Both the position numbers and the translations under genes were made by a program. The notes beneath the pieces are model-generated. The model was not told the origin of the DNA, did not search any database, and saw only the letters and a program-made list of their open reading frames with translations. Positions 18,344 to 31,264 of a stretch of DNA of 43,794 nt are shown here, in pieces (the stretch's first letter is position 1; each line of letters opens with the position of its first letter). Source of the DNA: an uncultured Candidatus Saccharibacteria bacterium (lineage in GTDB: Bacteria > Patescibacteriota > Minisyncoccia > Phycocordibacterales > EsbW-18); contig CAZVYH010000004.1 of assembly GCA_964631485.1 (NCBI GenBank), forward strand, positions 4,198 through 47,991, written 5' to 3'.

Positions 18344-18386
18344 CTTCCCTATTACGAGATACTAAAACAGTTAATGTATACACACT

Positions 18387-19067
18387 ATGCAAGAAAATAA
18401 ATTCTTAATTCCTTTAGCCGTTGTTGTGGCCGGCGCACTTGTCGCAGGGGCTGTCATGTTTCGTGACAAAACTCCGGGAACGGGCGTAACACCCGACGAC
18501 CAACCAAAAGAGATTATTATTGAACCGCTTTCCGCAAGTGACCACATTATCGGCAGCCCGAATGCTCCGATTGTCATGATTACGTTTTCAGATATCGATT
18601 GTCCGTACTGCCAAACGTTTGATGCGACTATGCGCCGCATCATGGATACGTACGGAAAAGACGGAAAAATCGCCTGGGTATACCGACAGTTTCCCCTTGA
18701 CCAACTGCACCCAAATGCCCGACTTAAAGCGGAAAGCTCAGAATGTGTCGCTTCACTGGCAGGAAACGAAGTCTTTTGGGAGTACATGAAGATTCTCTTC
18801 GAGAAAACCGATGAAACACCTGAAACTCTCTCAACAATTGCAGCGGGTCTCGGTGTTGATACAGTTGCGTTTGAGAAGTGCGTATCCGACGGAACATTCA
18901 AACAAGCGGTTGAAGACGACGTTCAGGCGGCAACGACAGCCGGAGGACGCGGTACACCATATACCGTTATCCTGACACCGGACGGCGTAAAAACCCCGGT
19001 CGGAGGAGCCCTTCCGTACGAACAAATGGAACAGCTTGTGAAAACATTCCTTATTGATCAAGAGTAA
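18387..19067 (+). CDS. DsbA-family thiol:disulfide oxidoreductase, membrane-anchored
   Basis: It has an N-terminal TM segment (FLIPLAVVVAGALVAGAVMF), the thioredoxin-fold active site FSDIDCPYCQTF and a C-terminal GTPYTVI (cis-Pro loop-like) segment. Confidence 0.85.
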   Translation: MQENKFLIPLAVVVAGALVAGAVMFRDKTPGTGVTPDDQPKEIIIEPLSASDHIIGSPNAPIVMITFSDIDCPYCQTFDATMRRIMDTYGKDGKIAWVYRQFPLDQLHPNARLKAESSECVASLAGNEVFWEYMKILFEKTDETPETLSTIAAGLGVDTVAFEKCVSDGTFKQAVEDDVQAATTAGGRGTPYTVILTPDGVKTPVGGALPYEQMEQLVKTFLIDQE

Positions 19068-19074
19068 GAGAGTA

Positions 19075-19110
19075 AAAAACAACGCCCGGTTCATGCCGGG
19101 CGTTGTTTTT
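19075..19110. terminator. bidirectional intrinsic terminator between convergent genes
   Basis: A perfect 15-bp inverted repeat, aaaaacaacgcccgg / ccgggcgttgttttt, has a 6-nt loop. The GC-rich core is flanked by A5 and T5. It overlaps the stop codon of the nuclease gene. Confidence 0.8.
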
Positions 19111-19927
19111 ATTTGTTCACTAGTCCCCACCGGTAAATTTCAAGCGAATTTTTCCCTTCAAACATATCCGACGGATTAGGCAGGAATACCTTTCGTGTAC
19201 GTAGATCTTCAGTCGCGTCCGCAAGCAGACGATGAAAGAAGACAAACTCTTTTTCGTGCTTACGAAAATCAATGACGTGTCTTCGTAACTGTGCTTTTCC
19301 GTCCCTATTTTTTCTCTTCCTGCACTCATACACAATGAATCGTTTGACCGGACGCTTAAACTCAGATGCGACGGTGTAGTAGTTAAACAGGGCCTGAACC
19401 ATGAACAGCGGATTATCAATCTCTGTTGCTCCGAATGAGTCGACAAATTTGTGATCAATGATATCTACGCCGTTTTTATCCGCGCGAGATACAACAACCA
19501 GATCTGATATTGCTTTAACAGGGATCGGAATGCCCGGGATGCGCGCAAGTACTTTTACCTCAACACCGAGCACGTTGTGCCGCGGCGGGCGCTCCAGATA
19601 AAAACCGATTGCTTGAAGGTAGTCAACTTCCATCTGCTGTCGTTTTTTCTTTTTAGCGAGTCGAGATATTGCTTTCCCGAAATTAATTTCGAAGTCGGCT
19701 ATATTCCTGAGATAGTCCAATCCGAGTTGTATTGCCGCTTCTTTCGGAAGCCCGCCGTAGAAATGCTGTAGCGCGGTATGCCCGGCGCGTCCCACGGCCG
19801 ATGCGGGAGTTGACGGCATGTCGTACACATTCTCAACATAGCGCTTATGCCACGCCAAAGGATTGCGCAAATATGCGACAAGTGATGAGTAGCTCCAGTG
19901 TGAAATGGGATAGCGCTTATGACTCAT
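19109..19927 (-). CDS. PD-(D/E)XK superfamily nuclease (RecB-nuclease-like, no Cys cluster)
   Basis: ISDLVVVSRADKNGVDIIDHKFV gives the D...(D/E)xK core, followed by QALFNYY (QxxxY-like). The N-terminal WSYSSLVAYLRNPLAWHKRY is typical of this family. It starts 24 nt after rpoD. Confidence 0.72.
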   Translation of the reverse strand: MSHKRYPISHWSYSSLVAYLRNPLAWHKRYVENVYDMPSTPASAVGRAGHTALQHFYGGLPKEAAIQLGLDYLRNIADFEINFGKAISRLAKKKKRQQMEVDYLQAIGFYLERPPRHNVLGVEVKVLARIPGIPIPVKAISDLVVVSRADKNGVDIIDHKFVDSFGATEIDNPLFMVQALFNYYTVASEFKRPVKRFIVYECRKRKNRDGKAQLRRHVIDFRKHEKEFVFFHRLLADATEDLRTRKVFLPNPSDMFEGKNSLEIYRWGLVNK

Positions 19928-19951
19928 ATGAGCACTATATCACAAGGATTT

Positions 19952-21208
19952 TTAGTAGTTTTTCAGCTGCTGAGATTTTTGGTGATGACGAATTTTCTCA
20001 TGTGCCTTTGCTTCAATTTGTCGGATACGTTCACGGGTCACGCCGAATTCCTTCCCCACTTCTTCAAGCGTGTGGGCTATCCCGTCGGCAAGGCCGTTAC
20101 GCAACTCCAGAATCTTTCGTTCCTTTGGCGAGAGTTCCGAAAGCACTTCGCGTATGTGCTCGGCAAGAATGCGTTGTGACGATTCCTTGTCCGGTGACGG
20201 CAGGTGCTCATCTTTAAGGAAGTCGCCCAGTGTTGAGCCCTTCTCATCATCGTCTCCCACAGGAAGCTCGAGTGACACGGTGTTTTGATTGATTTGTTGA
20301 ATGTGGTGAATTTTTTCAACATCCATATCCATTTCAACGGCAATTTCTTCAGGAAGCGGTTCGCGTCCGAGGTCCTGCGCAAGACGACGCACGATGCGCT
20401 TATATTTTGCGATTGTTTCCACCATGTGCACCGGAATACGAATGGTGCGACTCTGGTCGGCAATAGCTCGTGTCACCGCCTGCCGAATCCACCAGGTTGC
20501 GTATGTGGAGAACTTGAATCCCTTTGACCAGTCAAACTTTTCCACCGCTTTAAAGAGACCGATGTTTCCCTCCTGAATAAGATCAAGGAGTGTTAAGTTT
20601 GAGCTTCTGTTTGCGTATTTTTTAGCAATGGAGACGACGAGACGTAGGTTTGCGCGCGCGAGAATATTCTTTGCCTCCTCGTCACCCGCTTCAATCCGTT
20701 TTGCTAAATCTTTTTCCATGGTTGCGGAAATAAGATCATACTTACCGATGTCCCTCAGGTACATCTGGATGGAGTCAAAACGACTCTCTTCCTTGTGGTA
20801 TACATTTTTTTCCGACCCTTCACCTCCGAAATCAAGAAGTCCTCCGCTTTCAATAACATCAACACCCTCCGAATCAAACGTGTCGTACAGTTCTTCAAGA
20901 AAAAGGACTTCATCTTCGATATTTGGAAACTCCTTTAAAATTTCATCATAGGTAACAAAACCGCGCTCGCGTCCTTTTTGGTACAACCGAGCCGCACGCT
21001 CCTGCATGTGCTGCTCTTTTTTGGACAATTTTTTCGGAAGCGCAGGCGCAACAACGCGCGCAGCTTTTTTCTTCGGCGCCGCATGCACCACGCGAAGTTT
21101 TTTCTTCGGCGTTGTTTTCCGTTTCGTCGCAATGCGCTTGACGGTTTTCTTTGCACCTCGCACGGTTCGTTTTGAAGCAGTAACGCGTTTTGTTTTGGTT
21201 TTTTTCAT
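19952..21208 (-). CDS. rpoD: primary RNA polymerase sigma factor (sigma-70 family) with a basic N-terminal tail
   Basis: Region 2 is [35 protein letters not shown], region 3 is present, and region 4 is [22 protein letters not shown]. The first ~65 aa are Lys/Arg-rich. Confidence 0.95.
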   Translation of the reverse strand: MKKTKTKRVTASKRTVRGAKKTVKRIATKRKTTPKKKLRVVHAAPKKKAARVVAPALPKKLSKKEQHMQERAARLYQKGRERGFVTYDEILKEFPNIEDEVLFLEELYDTFDSEGVDVIESGGLLDFGGEGSEKNVYHKEESRFDSIQMYLRDIGKYDLISATMEKDLAKRIEAGDEEAKNILARANLRLVVSIAKKYANRSSNLTLLDLIQEGNIGLFKAVEKFDWSKGFKFSTYATWWIRQAVTRAIADQSRTIRIPVHMVETIAKYKRIVRRLAQDLGREPLPEEIAVEMDMDVEKIHHIQQINQNTVSLELPVGDDDEKGSTLGDFLKDEHLPSPDKESSQRILAEHIREVLSELSPKERKILELRNGLADGIAHTLEEVGKEFGVTRERIRQIEAKAHEKIRHHQKSQQLKNY

Positions 21209-21241
21209 AGATTGCTTATTGGTATAAAATTTGGAGCTTAC

Positions 21242-22975
21242 TTATGTGGTTTTTGTGCGAAGATCTCTGAGTAATTTTGAAATATGAACACATTCCTGTA
21301 AAAACACCGCTGCAGTCTTTTCATCGCCGGAGTGTTCGCTTTCAAGTAGTTTGCGACGTGTCTCGGCATACTGTTCTTTTAGTATCTCTTCCTGCAGTGA
21401 GGTCAACATCTCATCAACATACCGCGTACCCTCTCCGAATTCAGTTTCCGCTTTTTCCAATTGAAACATATCTTCTTGAAACTCGGATTCTTCGGCCTGC
21501 TGTGTGGGGTCATGTCCGATCAGAGCGGTCATCCTTTCTCGAACAGTACGAGCATCATCACCTTGTCCTTTGTGTGTCTGCATAAATACAAAGGCGGTGA
21601 GTTGGTGTATTAACGCTTCTTTTCGAAGTGAATGTTTCTGTTCTGTGTGGGGTGCCGGAGTTGTATCGGGCGTGTTCAAGGTATCCTGGAACGCCACTTT
21701 CAACATTTCTTCTTCAATAACGGAAGTATCCACACCGACTTGTTGAGCAATACTATCGACAAAATGTTTTTGATCTATCTTGTTTTGTATTAATGAAACA
21801 AACGGAAGAACCTCATTGCGTATTCTCTGTTTAAAAGCACGGTCATCTCCCGTACGAGTACGTGTAACGTGCTCAAGGAGAAAGAGAACAACGTGTTTCG
21901 CCTCGCGAACCGCCTTTTTCCATATATCCGGATTTGTTTTGAGAACATCAGCCGGATCGCTTCCTTCGGGCAATACCGCGCACTTCACCTCCATGTCCGC
22001 CTCAATCGCGCGCCTGGATGTTTTCAACGCCGACTGTATACCGGGAGCGTCTCCATCAAGTGCAACAAGAATGTTGCGTGAAAGTCGTTTTAGCCGTTCC
22101 ACGTGCTCCTGCGTAAGCGACGTTCCTTGGACGGCAACGGTATTCGTAAAGCCGTGTTGGTGGGCCATAATAAGATCAATGGGACCCTCGACAAGAATGG
22201 AGAAGTTATACTTACGTATTCCTGTTTTTGCCTTTTCAAATCCGTACAACACATTCCCTTTTTTAAATAGAGGCGTTTCCGGCGAGTTGATGTACTTCGG
22301 AGCATCCGGAGACTGCTCTCCGAAATGGCGTCCTGCAAACGCAATCGGCCTGCCCGACGGGTCAAATATCGGAAATATAATGCGCGAACGAAAGGTGTCA
22401 TAGAACTCCTGTCCCGCCTGTTTGCCTTCTGTTTCCTGTTTCCGTTTGATGAGTCCTACTTTTTCTATGTCACTTTTTGCATGTCCGCGTTTCAGGAGAA
22501 AATCATGTAACGCACGCCAAGATGCCGGAGCAAAACCTATCTGAAACGATGTAATTGTTTTGTCCGTTATCCCCCTTTCAAGAAGATATGCCCGAGCGTC
22601 AGGGGTTTGTTGCAAGGATTGAACAAAGAATGCAACCGCATCTTCCAGCACACGATAGAGCGCCTGGTTAGCCTCACCCTTTTGCAACGCTTCCTTGGTC
22701 AACTCAACACCGGCACGCTGTGCCAATGTGCGGAGCGCACCCATAAAGTCGACTCCTTCGATTTTTTCAACAAACGTAAAGATATCTCCATGTTCTCCGC
22801 ATCCGAAACAGTAGTAACTCTCTCGTTCCGGCGAAACATGGAACGAAGCCGTCTTTTCATTGTGGAAGGGACATCGCGCCTTCAAGTTTTTCCCTGATTT
22901 CTCAAGTTTAATATAGGAAGACACAACATCGGCAATGCCAAGGCGTTCTTTTATGTGTTGCGTGACGTTAGACAT
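21242..22975 (-). CDS. dnaG: DNA primase
   Basis: The zinc ribbon CPFHNEKTASFHVSPERESYYCFGCGEHGD is present, with the RNA polymerase core and a TOPRIM domain (ILVEGPIDLI...LDGDAPG). The start was chosen at MSNVTQHIKERL; the longest ORF extends to 23014. Confidence 0.93.
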   Translation of the reverse strand: MSNVTQHIKERLGIADVVSSYIKLEKSGKNLKARCPFHNEKTASFHVSPERESYYCFGCGEHGDIFTFVEKIEGVDFMGALRTLAQRAGVELTKEALQKGEANQALYRVLEDAVAFFVQSLQQTPDARAYLLERGITDKTITSFQIGFAPASWRALHDFLLKRGHAKSDIEKVGLIKRKQETEGKQAGQEFYDTFRSRIIFPIFDPSGRPIAFAGRHFGEQSPDAPKYINSPETPLFKKGNVLYGFEKAKTGIRKYNFSILVEGPIDLIMAHQHGFTNTVAVQGTSLTQEHVERLKRLSRNILVALDGDAPGIQSALKTSRRAIEADMEVKCAVLPEGSDPADVLKTNPDIWKKAVREAKHVVLFLLEHVTRTRTGDDRAFKQRIRNEVLPFVSLIQNKIDQKHFVDSIAQQVGVDTSVIEEEMLKVAFQDTLNTPDTTPAPHTEQKHSLRKEALIHQLTAFVFMQTHKGQGDDARTVRERMTALIGHDPTQQAEESEFQEDMFQLEKAETEFGEGTRYVDEMLTSLQEEILKEQYAETRRKLLESEHSGDEKTAAVFLQECVHISKLLRDLRTKTT

Positions 22976-23025
22976 GTGTGTATATGGACTCCTGGTGAGT
23001 CCTCGTCCGCGCACGTGGATTTCGG

Positions 23026-26697
<3,672 letters not shown>

Positions 26698-26703
26698 ATA
26701 GGT

Positions 26704-29700
26704 TTATTCGTTTTCTTCTTTTAATTCAACATCAAGCGCAAGACCACGAAGGTAGTGCAGAAGCACGCTGAATGATGCCGGAGTGTTGGGTTGAATCAGA
26801 CGTGAACCACGGACAATCGAATCAAACGCCGCAGAGCGACCCATAATATCGTCGGACTTAATCGTGAGCATTTCTCTGAGCGTGTAGGCCGCTCCGTATC
26901 CGAGAAGTGCCCACACTTCCATTTCACCGAATCGTTGTCCTCCGTTTTGCGCACGTCCGCCGAGAGGCTGCTGTGTAATAAGCGAGTACGGACCGATTGA
27001 GCGCATGTGAATCTTATCCTCAACCATGTGTTCCAACTTGAGGATGTACATGTACCCGACGGCAATGTCCTGTTCAAACGCCTCGCCTGTTCGTCCGTCA
27101 ACAAGTTTCATCTTTCCTGTTTCTGAAAATCCTGCTTTGGTGAGTTCTGACTTGATTTCTTCTTCGGATGCGCCGACAAAAGGAGGAACGATTGCCTGGT
27201 ATCCGAGCGTCTTGGCAGCCAAACCAAGGTGGAGTTCTAGAATCTGACCCAGGTTCATACGACTCGGCACACCCATCGGTGTGAGAATGACATCTACCGG
27301 TGTTCCGTCCGCCATGTGCGGCATGTCTTCAATCGGCACCACGCGGGAAATAACACCCTTGTTTCCATGGCGTCCTGCGAGTTTGTCACCGACCGTAATA
27401 TTTCGGAGCTGTGCGACTTCAATATAAATTTTCTTGATGATTCCTGATTCAAGCTGGTCTCCTTTTTCTCTGGAGAACACCTTAATGCCGACAATGCGTC
27501 CGCGCTTTCCTCCTTCCATGCGCAGTGAAGTGTCTTTCACATCTCGAGCCTTGTCACCAAAGATTGAACGCAGAAGGCGCTCTTCAGGGGTTAGTTGTGA
27601 TTCACCTTTCGGTGTAATTTTTCCGACAAGAATATCACCCGGCTGAACCTCGGAACCGATGCGGATAATTCCTTCTTCGTCGAGGTTACGAAGTTTGAGT
27701 TCTCCGACATTCGGAATATCGTTTGTAGTCACCTCAGGACCGAGTTTGGTATCACGGACGTTACATGAAAATTCCTCAATGTGAATGGAGGTGAGGTAGT
27801 TATCACGCACGAGACGCTCGGACAAAATAATAGCGTCTTCAAAGTTATTACCGGACCACGGCATGAAAGCAACGAGAAGATTTTGTCCGAGGGCAATCTG
27901 GCCGTTGGCGCTCGTTGATGTGTCGGCAAGTAAATCACCTCGCTTCACACTGTCGCCTAGAGAGACGGCAGGGCGCTGGTGGAACACCGTAAATCCGTTT
28001 GTTCGTGAAAACGTAATAAGGCGGTACTCATCATCCTTTCCCTTGGCGTTTTTCACAACAATCTTTTTTGCATCAACATACGTAACTTTTCCTGCTTCCC
28101 GTGCGTACACAAGACGTCCGGAATCACGCGCGGCCCGCTCCTCAATTCCCGTCGCAACAAGCGGTGCTTCCGCACGAACACACGGCACGGCCTGGCGTTG
28201 CATGTTTGATGCCATGAGGGCGCGGTTTGCTTCGTTGTGGTTCAAAAACGGAACAAGTGACGTGGCAATTGAGTACGCTTGGTTTGTCGCCACATCAATG
28301 TATTCAACCTCTTTAGGGGTTACTGAAACAGGCCGTCCTTTTACACGAACATCAACTCGTTCGTCTGTAATAACGCCTTTGTCATTGCGTGCGATTGCGG
28401 CGTGGGCAATTTTGTAGTTTTGTTCATCTTGCGCATTGAGATATACAACTTCCTGTGTGATAACACCGTTTTCCACTTTCATGTACGGTGTCTCGATAAT
28501 ACCGAAATCATTTACACGCGCGTACGTTGCCAAGTGTAAAATGAGACCGATGTTCGGACCTTCAGGTGTACAAATAGGACACAGACGTCCGTAGTGCGAG
28601 ACGTGCACATCACGAACTTCAAATCCTGCCCGTTCACGTGACAGACCGCCGGGACCGAGTGCAGACAACGTGCGCAAGTGCTCCAGCTCTGAAAGAATGT
28701 TCTCCTGCACCATAAACTGAGACAGTTGGTTGGTACTGAAAAATTCACGAATCTGACCCTGCAGCGGACGCGGGTTTATGACCTGCGTCGGCATCGTCGT
28801 CTCTGTGTCAATAATAGACATGCGATCCTGAATATTGCGTTTCATTCGGGCAAAACCAACTCGCATCTTTTGCTGCATCATCTCTCCCACATACCGAACG
28901 CGTCGTGACGCCAAATCGTCGACATCGTCTGCTTGTGCATCCGGTGTGGTGTTTAGAAGCGCGATGTGGTTGATGATTGTTGTAAGGTCGTCAAGAGAAA
29001 GCGTTCGCTCAGCCATCGCTTTCTTTTCCATTGATTTCCCGAAGCGCTGGTTAAAGCGAAAACGTCCGACTTCCGACAAATCGTATCGTTCGGCATTAAA
29101 AATTGAATTCACGAAGTCGCGGGCATTTTCTGCGGTAGCAAGCTCACCATCGCGGAGTTTCTTGTGAATTTCAATAAAAGAGTCGTCAACTGTTTGTGCC
29201 GTATCGTGTGCAAGTGTTTTCTCAATAAAGCCAAGAGCTGGTGTACCGGCAAAAAGCGCAAGAATGTCTTCCTTGGTTTGCACACCAAGCACGCGCAAGA
29301 GGTGCGACACAGGGAACTTTCTTTTTCGGTCAATACGAACCTGTAGAGAAGCGTTCGGTTCCGTTTCAATTTCAATCCAAGCGCCGCGTGACGGGATGAT
29401 TTTCGCGCCGAAGTATTCCTTGCCGCGGAATTCCTGTGAAGTAAAGAGTACGCCGAATGAGCGGATGAGCTGGGGAACAATAACACGCTCAACACCGTTG
29501 ATGATAAATGTTCCGTGGTCCGTCTGAATAGGCACGTCCGAGAGAAAAATTTCCTGTTCTTTCTCAGTACCTAGCGTTTTATTGAGAAGTTTGGCTGTTA
29601 CCTTTAGCTGTACCTCGTAACTCAGCTTGTTTTCCTTGGCATGGTACTCATCGCACATGCTTTCCGTAAAGGTCGGATTACTGAGGTGTAATTCAAATTT

Positions 29701-29853
29701 TTTCCCCGAATAGTCGGCGATCGGAGAGAATTCCTTTAAAAGTTCCTTGACTCCTTTTTCCATCAACCACTTAAAAGACACTGTTTGAGCTTCCGAAAGG
29801 TTCGGGAGTTCAAGGAGCGGCTTTTGATACTTCGCGAATACTTTTTGTTGCAT
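26704..29853 (-). CDS. rpoB: DNA-directed RNA polymerase subunit beta
   Basis: The 1049-aa product has the rifampicin-cluster region FFSTNQLSQFMVQENILSELEHLRTLSALGPGGLSRERAGFEVRDVH and the C-terminal GGQRFGEMEVWAL. Confidence 0.98.
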   Translation of the reverse strand: MQQKVFAKYQKPLLELPNLSEAQTVSFKWLMEKGVKELLKEFSPIADYSGKKFELHLSNPTFTESMCDEYHAKENKLSYEVQLKVTAKLLNKTLGTEKEQEIFLSDVPIQTDHGTFIINGVERVIVPQLIRSFGVLFTSQEFRGKEYFGAKIIPSRGAWIEIETEPNASLQVRIDRKRKFPVSHLLRVLGVQTKEDILALFAGTPALGFIEKTLAHDTAQTVDDSFIEIHKKLRDGELATAENARDFVNSIFNAERYDLSEVGRFRFNQRFGKSMEKKAMAERTLSLDDLTTIINHIALLNTTPDAQADDVDDLASRRVRYVGEMMQQKMRVGFARMKRNIQDRMSIIDTETTMPTQVINPRPLQGQIREFFSTNQLSQFMVQENILSELEHLRTLSALGPGGLSRERAGFEVRDVHVSHYGRLCPICTPEGPNIGLILHLATYARVNDFGIIETPYMKVENGVITQEVVYLNAQDEQNYKIAHAAIARNDKGVITDERVDVRVKGRPVSVTPKEVEYIDVATNQAYSIATSLVPFLNHNEANRALMASNMQRQAVPCVRAEAPLVATGIEERAARDSGRLVYAREAGKVTYVDAKKIVVKNAKGKDDEYRLITFSRTNGFTVFHQRPAVSLGDSVKRGDLLADTSTSANGQIALGQNLLVAFMPWSGNNFEDAIILSERLVRDNYLTSIHIEEFSCNVRDTKLGPEVTTNDIPNVGELKLRNLDEEGIIRIGSEVQPGDILVGKITPKGESQLTPEERLLRSIFGDKARDVKDTSLRMEGGKRGRIVGIKVFSREKGDQLESGIIKKIYIEVAQLRNITVGDKLAGRHGNKGVISRVVPIEDMPHMADGTPVDVILTPMGVPSRMNLGQILELHLGLAAKTLGYQAIVPPFVGASEEEIKSELTKAGFSETGKMKLVDGRTGEAFEQDIAVGYMYILKLEHMVEDKIHMRSIGPYSLITQQPLGGRAQNGGQRFGEMEVWALLGYGAAYTLREMLTIKSDDIMGRSAAFDSIVRGSRLIQPNTPASFSVLLHYLRGLALDVELKEENE

Positions 29854-30017
29854 AAAATTTTGGGTAAAAAGGGACGCACGAAGCCAAACCTTTATTCAAG
29901 GTTGGCCCCACACAAGTCACAAAAAGCTATCTGCTAGATAGAGCTAGCAAAATATGTGTTTAATCTATAAAAATCCGAGAGTGCCCCATAACTCACTCTA
30001 CCCCCTGATTGAACGCC

Positions 30018-30046
30018 ATTCTAAACTAAATATCGTTTGCGGTCAA
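30018..30046 (-). promoter_or_regulatory. candidate sigma-70 promoter for the rpoB-led operon
   Basis: The minus strand reads TTGACC-N17-TAGAAT. It lies in the 218-nt trmD-rpoB spacer and implies a leader of about 155 nt. Confidence 0.5.
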
Positions 30047-30071
30047 GGCTTTTCTGTGGTCTGTGGATAAC

Positions 30072-30728
30072 TTACTTTTTGTGAGTGTTTTTTCTCCAAT
30101 TGTCAATATCTTTGTGGTGTCCCGAAGACAGAACTGCCGGAACACGGTACGACTTCCCTTTCCATGTAAGCACCTCGGGACGTGTGTACACATCTGCCGC
30201 CGCAATTCGCTTCTCCTCAAGAGATTCGTGTGTACCGAGAACCCCTTTGATGTTGCGCGCCAGTGCATCAATGACAATAAGCGCCGGCAACTCTCCTCCG
30301 GTAAGCACGTACGGACCGATCGATATGTCCTGCGCCTTCAGAATTTTCTTTACGCGCGCGTCAACACCCTCATACCGCCCTGCAATAAAAACTATGTGAT
30401 CGAAGCGTTGAGATAGGGTCCGCGCTTGTGCGCCGGTAAATTGTTTCCCATTGGGCGAAAAGAAAATAATCTTCGTTCTTTCTTTCTTGTGTTTTCTTTT
30501 TTTGAGCACGGACTCCACGGCTTTCAGGATAGGTTCGGCTTTCATAACCATTCCGGGGCCGCCGCCGTACGGACGATCGTCCGTTTTGTGGTGCTTGTCC
30601 GTAGCGAAGGAACGAGGGGTAACAAACGAAACCGATATAAGCTTTTTCTCCTGTGCACGCTTCAAAATTGAGCTCTGCACATAGCCTTCAATTGATTCCG
30701 GGAAAAGGGTGATGACGGTACATTTCAT
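30072..30728 (-). CDS. trmD: tRNA (guanine37-N1)-methyltransferase
   Basis: ITLFPESIEGYVQSSILKRA, DDRPYGGGPGMVMKAEP and the SPOUT knot GRYEGVDARV...SIGPYVLTGGELPA are present. Confidence 0.95.
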   Translation of the reverse strand: MKCTVITLFPESIEGYVQSSILKRAQEKKLISVSFVTPRSFATDKHHKTDDRPYGGGPGMVMKAEPILKAVESVLKKRKHKKERTKIIFFSPNGKQFTGAQARTLSQRFDHIVFIAGRYEGVDARVKKILKAQDISIGPYVLTGGELPALIVIDALARNIKGVLGTHESLEEKRIAAADVYTRPEVLTWKGKSYRVPAVLSSGHHKDIDNWRKNTHKK

Positions 30729-30744
30729 GGCGACATCCTAACAC

Positions 30745-30771
30745 AAAACCCGCCGTTGTGCGGCGGGTTTT
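30745..30771 (-). terminator. hairpin terminator or attenuator between the KH gene and trmD
   Basis: A perfect 11-bp inverted repeat, aaaacccgccg / cggcgggtttt, has a 5-nt loop. It lies in the 64-nt spacer. Confidence 0.55.
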
Positions 30772-30792
30772 GGATAAAACAAAAACGTTTGT

Positions 30793-31104
30793 TTACTCCT
30801 TGAGTGCTGCCATTGCGTCGTCAATGTTTGCTGCAGCCATGCGTGTCGAACCTTCCGGTTCAAGAATCTTCAAGTTAACCCGGGCGTTGTTTTTCATACC
30901 GACAACACGGAGCAATGTGCGGATTGCCTTTGCTGTGTTTCCTGAACGACCAACGACGGTACCCATGTCCTTCTGATTTACTTTGAGGGTAATAAGCACT
31001 CCCATCTCATCGACGGTACGAGTGACCTTCACATCTTCCGGAACTTCTACGAGGGCCTTAACAACGGCTTCTAGAAATACTGCGTCTTGATACTCTTGTG
31101 TCAT
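30793..31104 (-). CDS. KH-domain RNA-binding protein (YlqC/UPF0109-like)
   Basis: MGTVVGRSGNTAKAIRTLLRVV carries the GxxG KH motif. Its position between rpsP and trmD is conserved. Confidence 0.85.
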   Translation of the reverse strand: MTQEYQDAVFLEAVVKALVEVPEDVKVTRTVDEMGVLITLKVNQKDMGTVVGRSGNTAKAIRTLLRVVGMKNNARVNLKILEPEGSTRMAAANIDDAMAALKE

Positions 31105-31186
31105 AGTGTGTGACTAAGTTCTATTCTAGTAAATCTGTTTTACCTGAAACAGACTCCCTTCGGCACCTACCGACGGTTTGAAAATG

Positions 31187-31215
31187 AGTATACCTTCCAA
31201 ATAGAAAAATGTCCA
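31187..31215 (-). promoter_or_regulatory. candidate internal promoter for the KH gene and trmD
   Basis: The minus strand reads TGGACA-N17-TATACT. The -35 hexamer is embedded in the downstream arm of the rpsP terminator hairpin. Confidence 0.45.
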
Positions 31216-31243
31216 TTGACACTTTGGGCCAATGGACATTTTT
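31205..31243 (-). terminator. intrinsic terminator downstream of rpsP
   Basis: A perfect 14-bp inverted repeat, aaaaatgtccattg / caatggacattttt, has an 11-nt loop. It begins 22 nt after the rpsP stop. Confidence 0.65.
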
Positions 31244-31264
31244 AAAAAGTTGTTGTGTATATCC

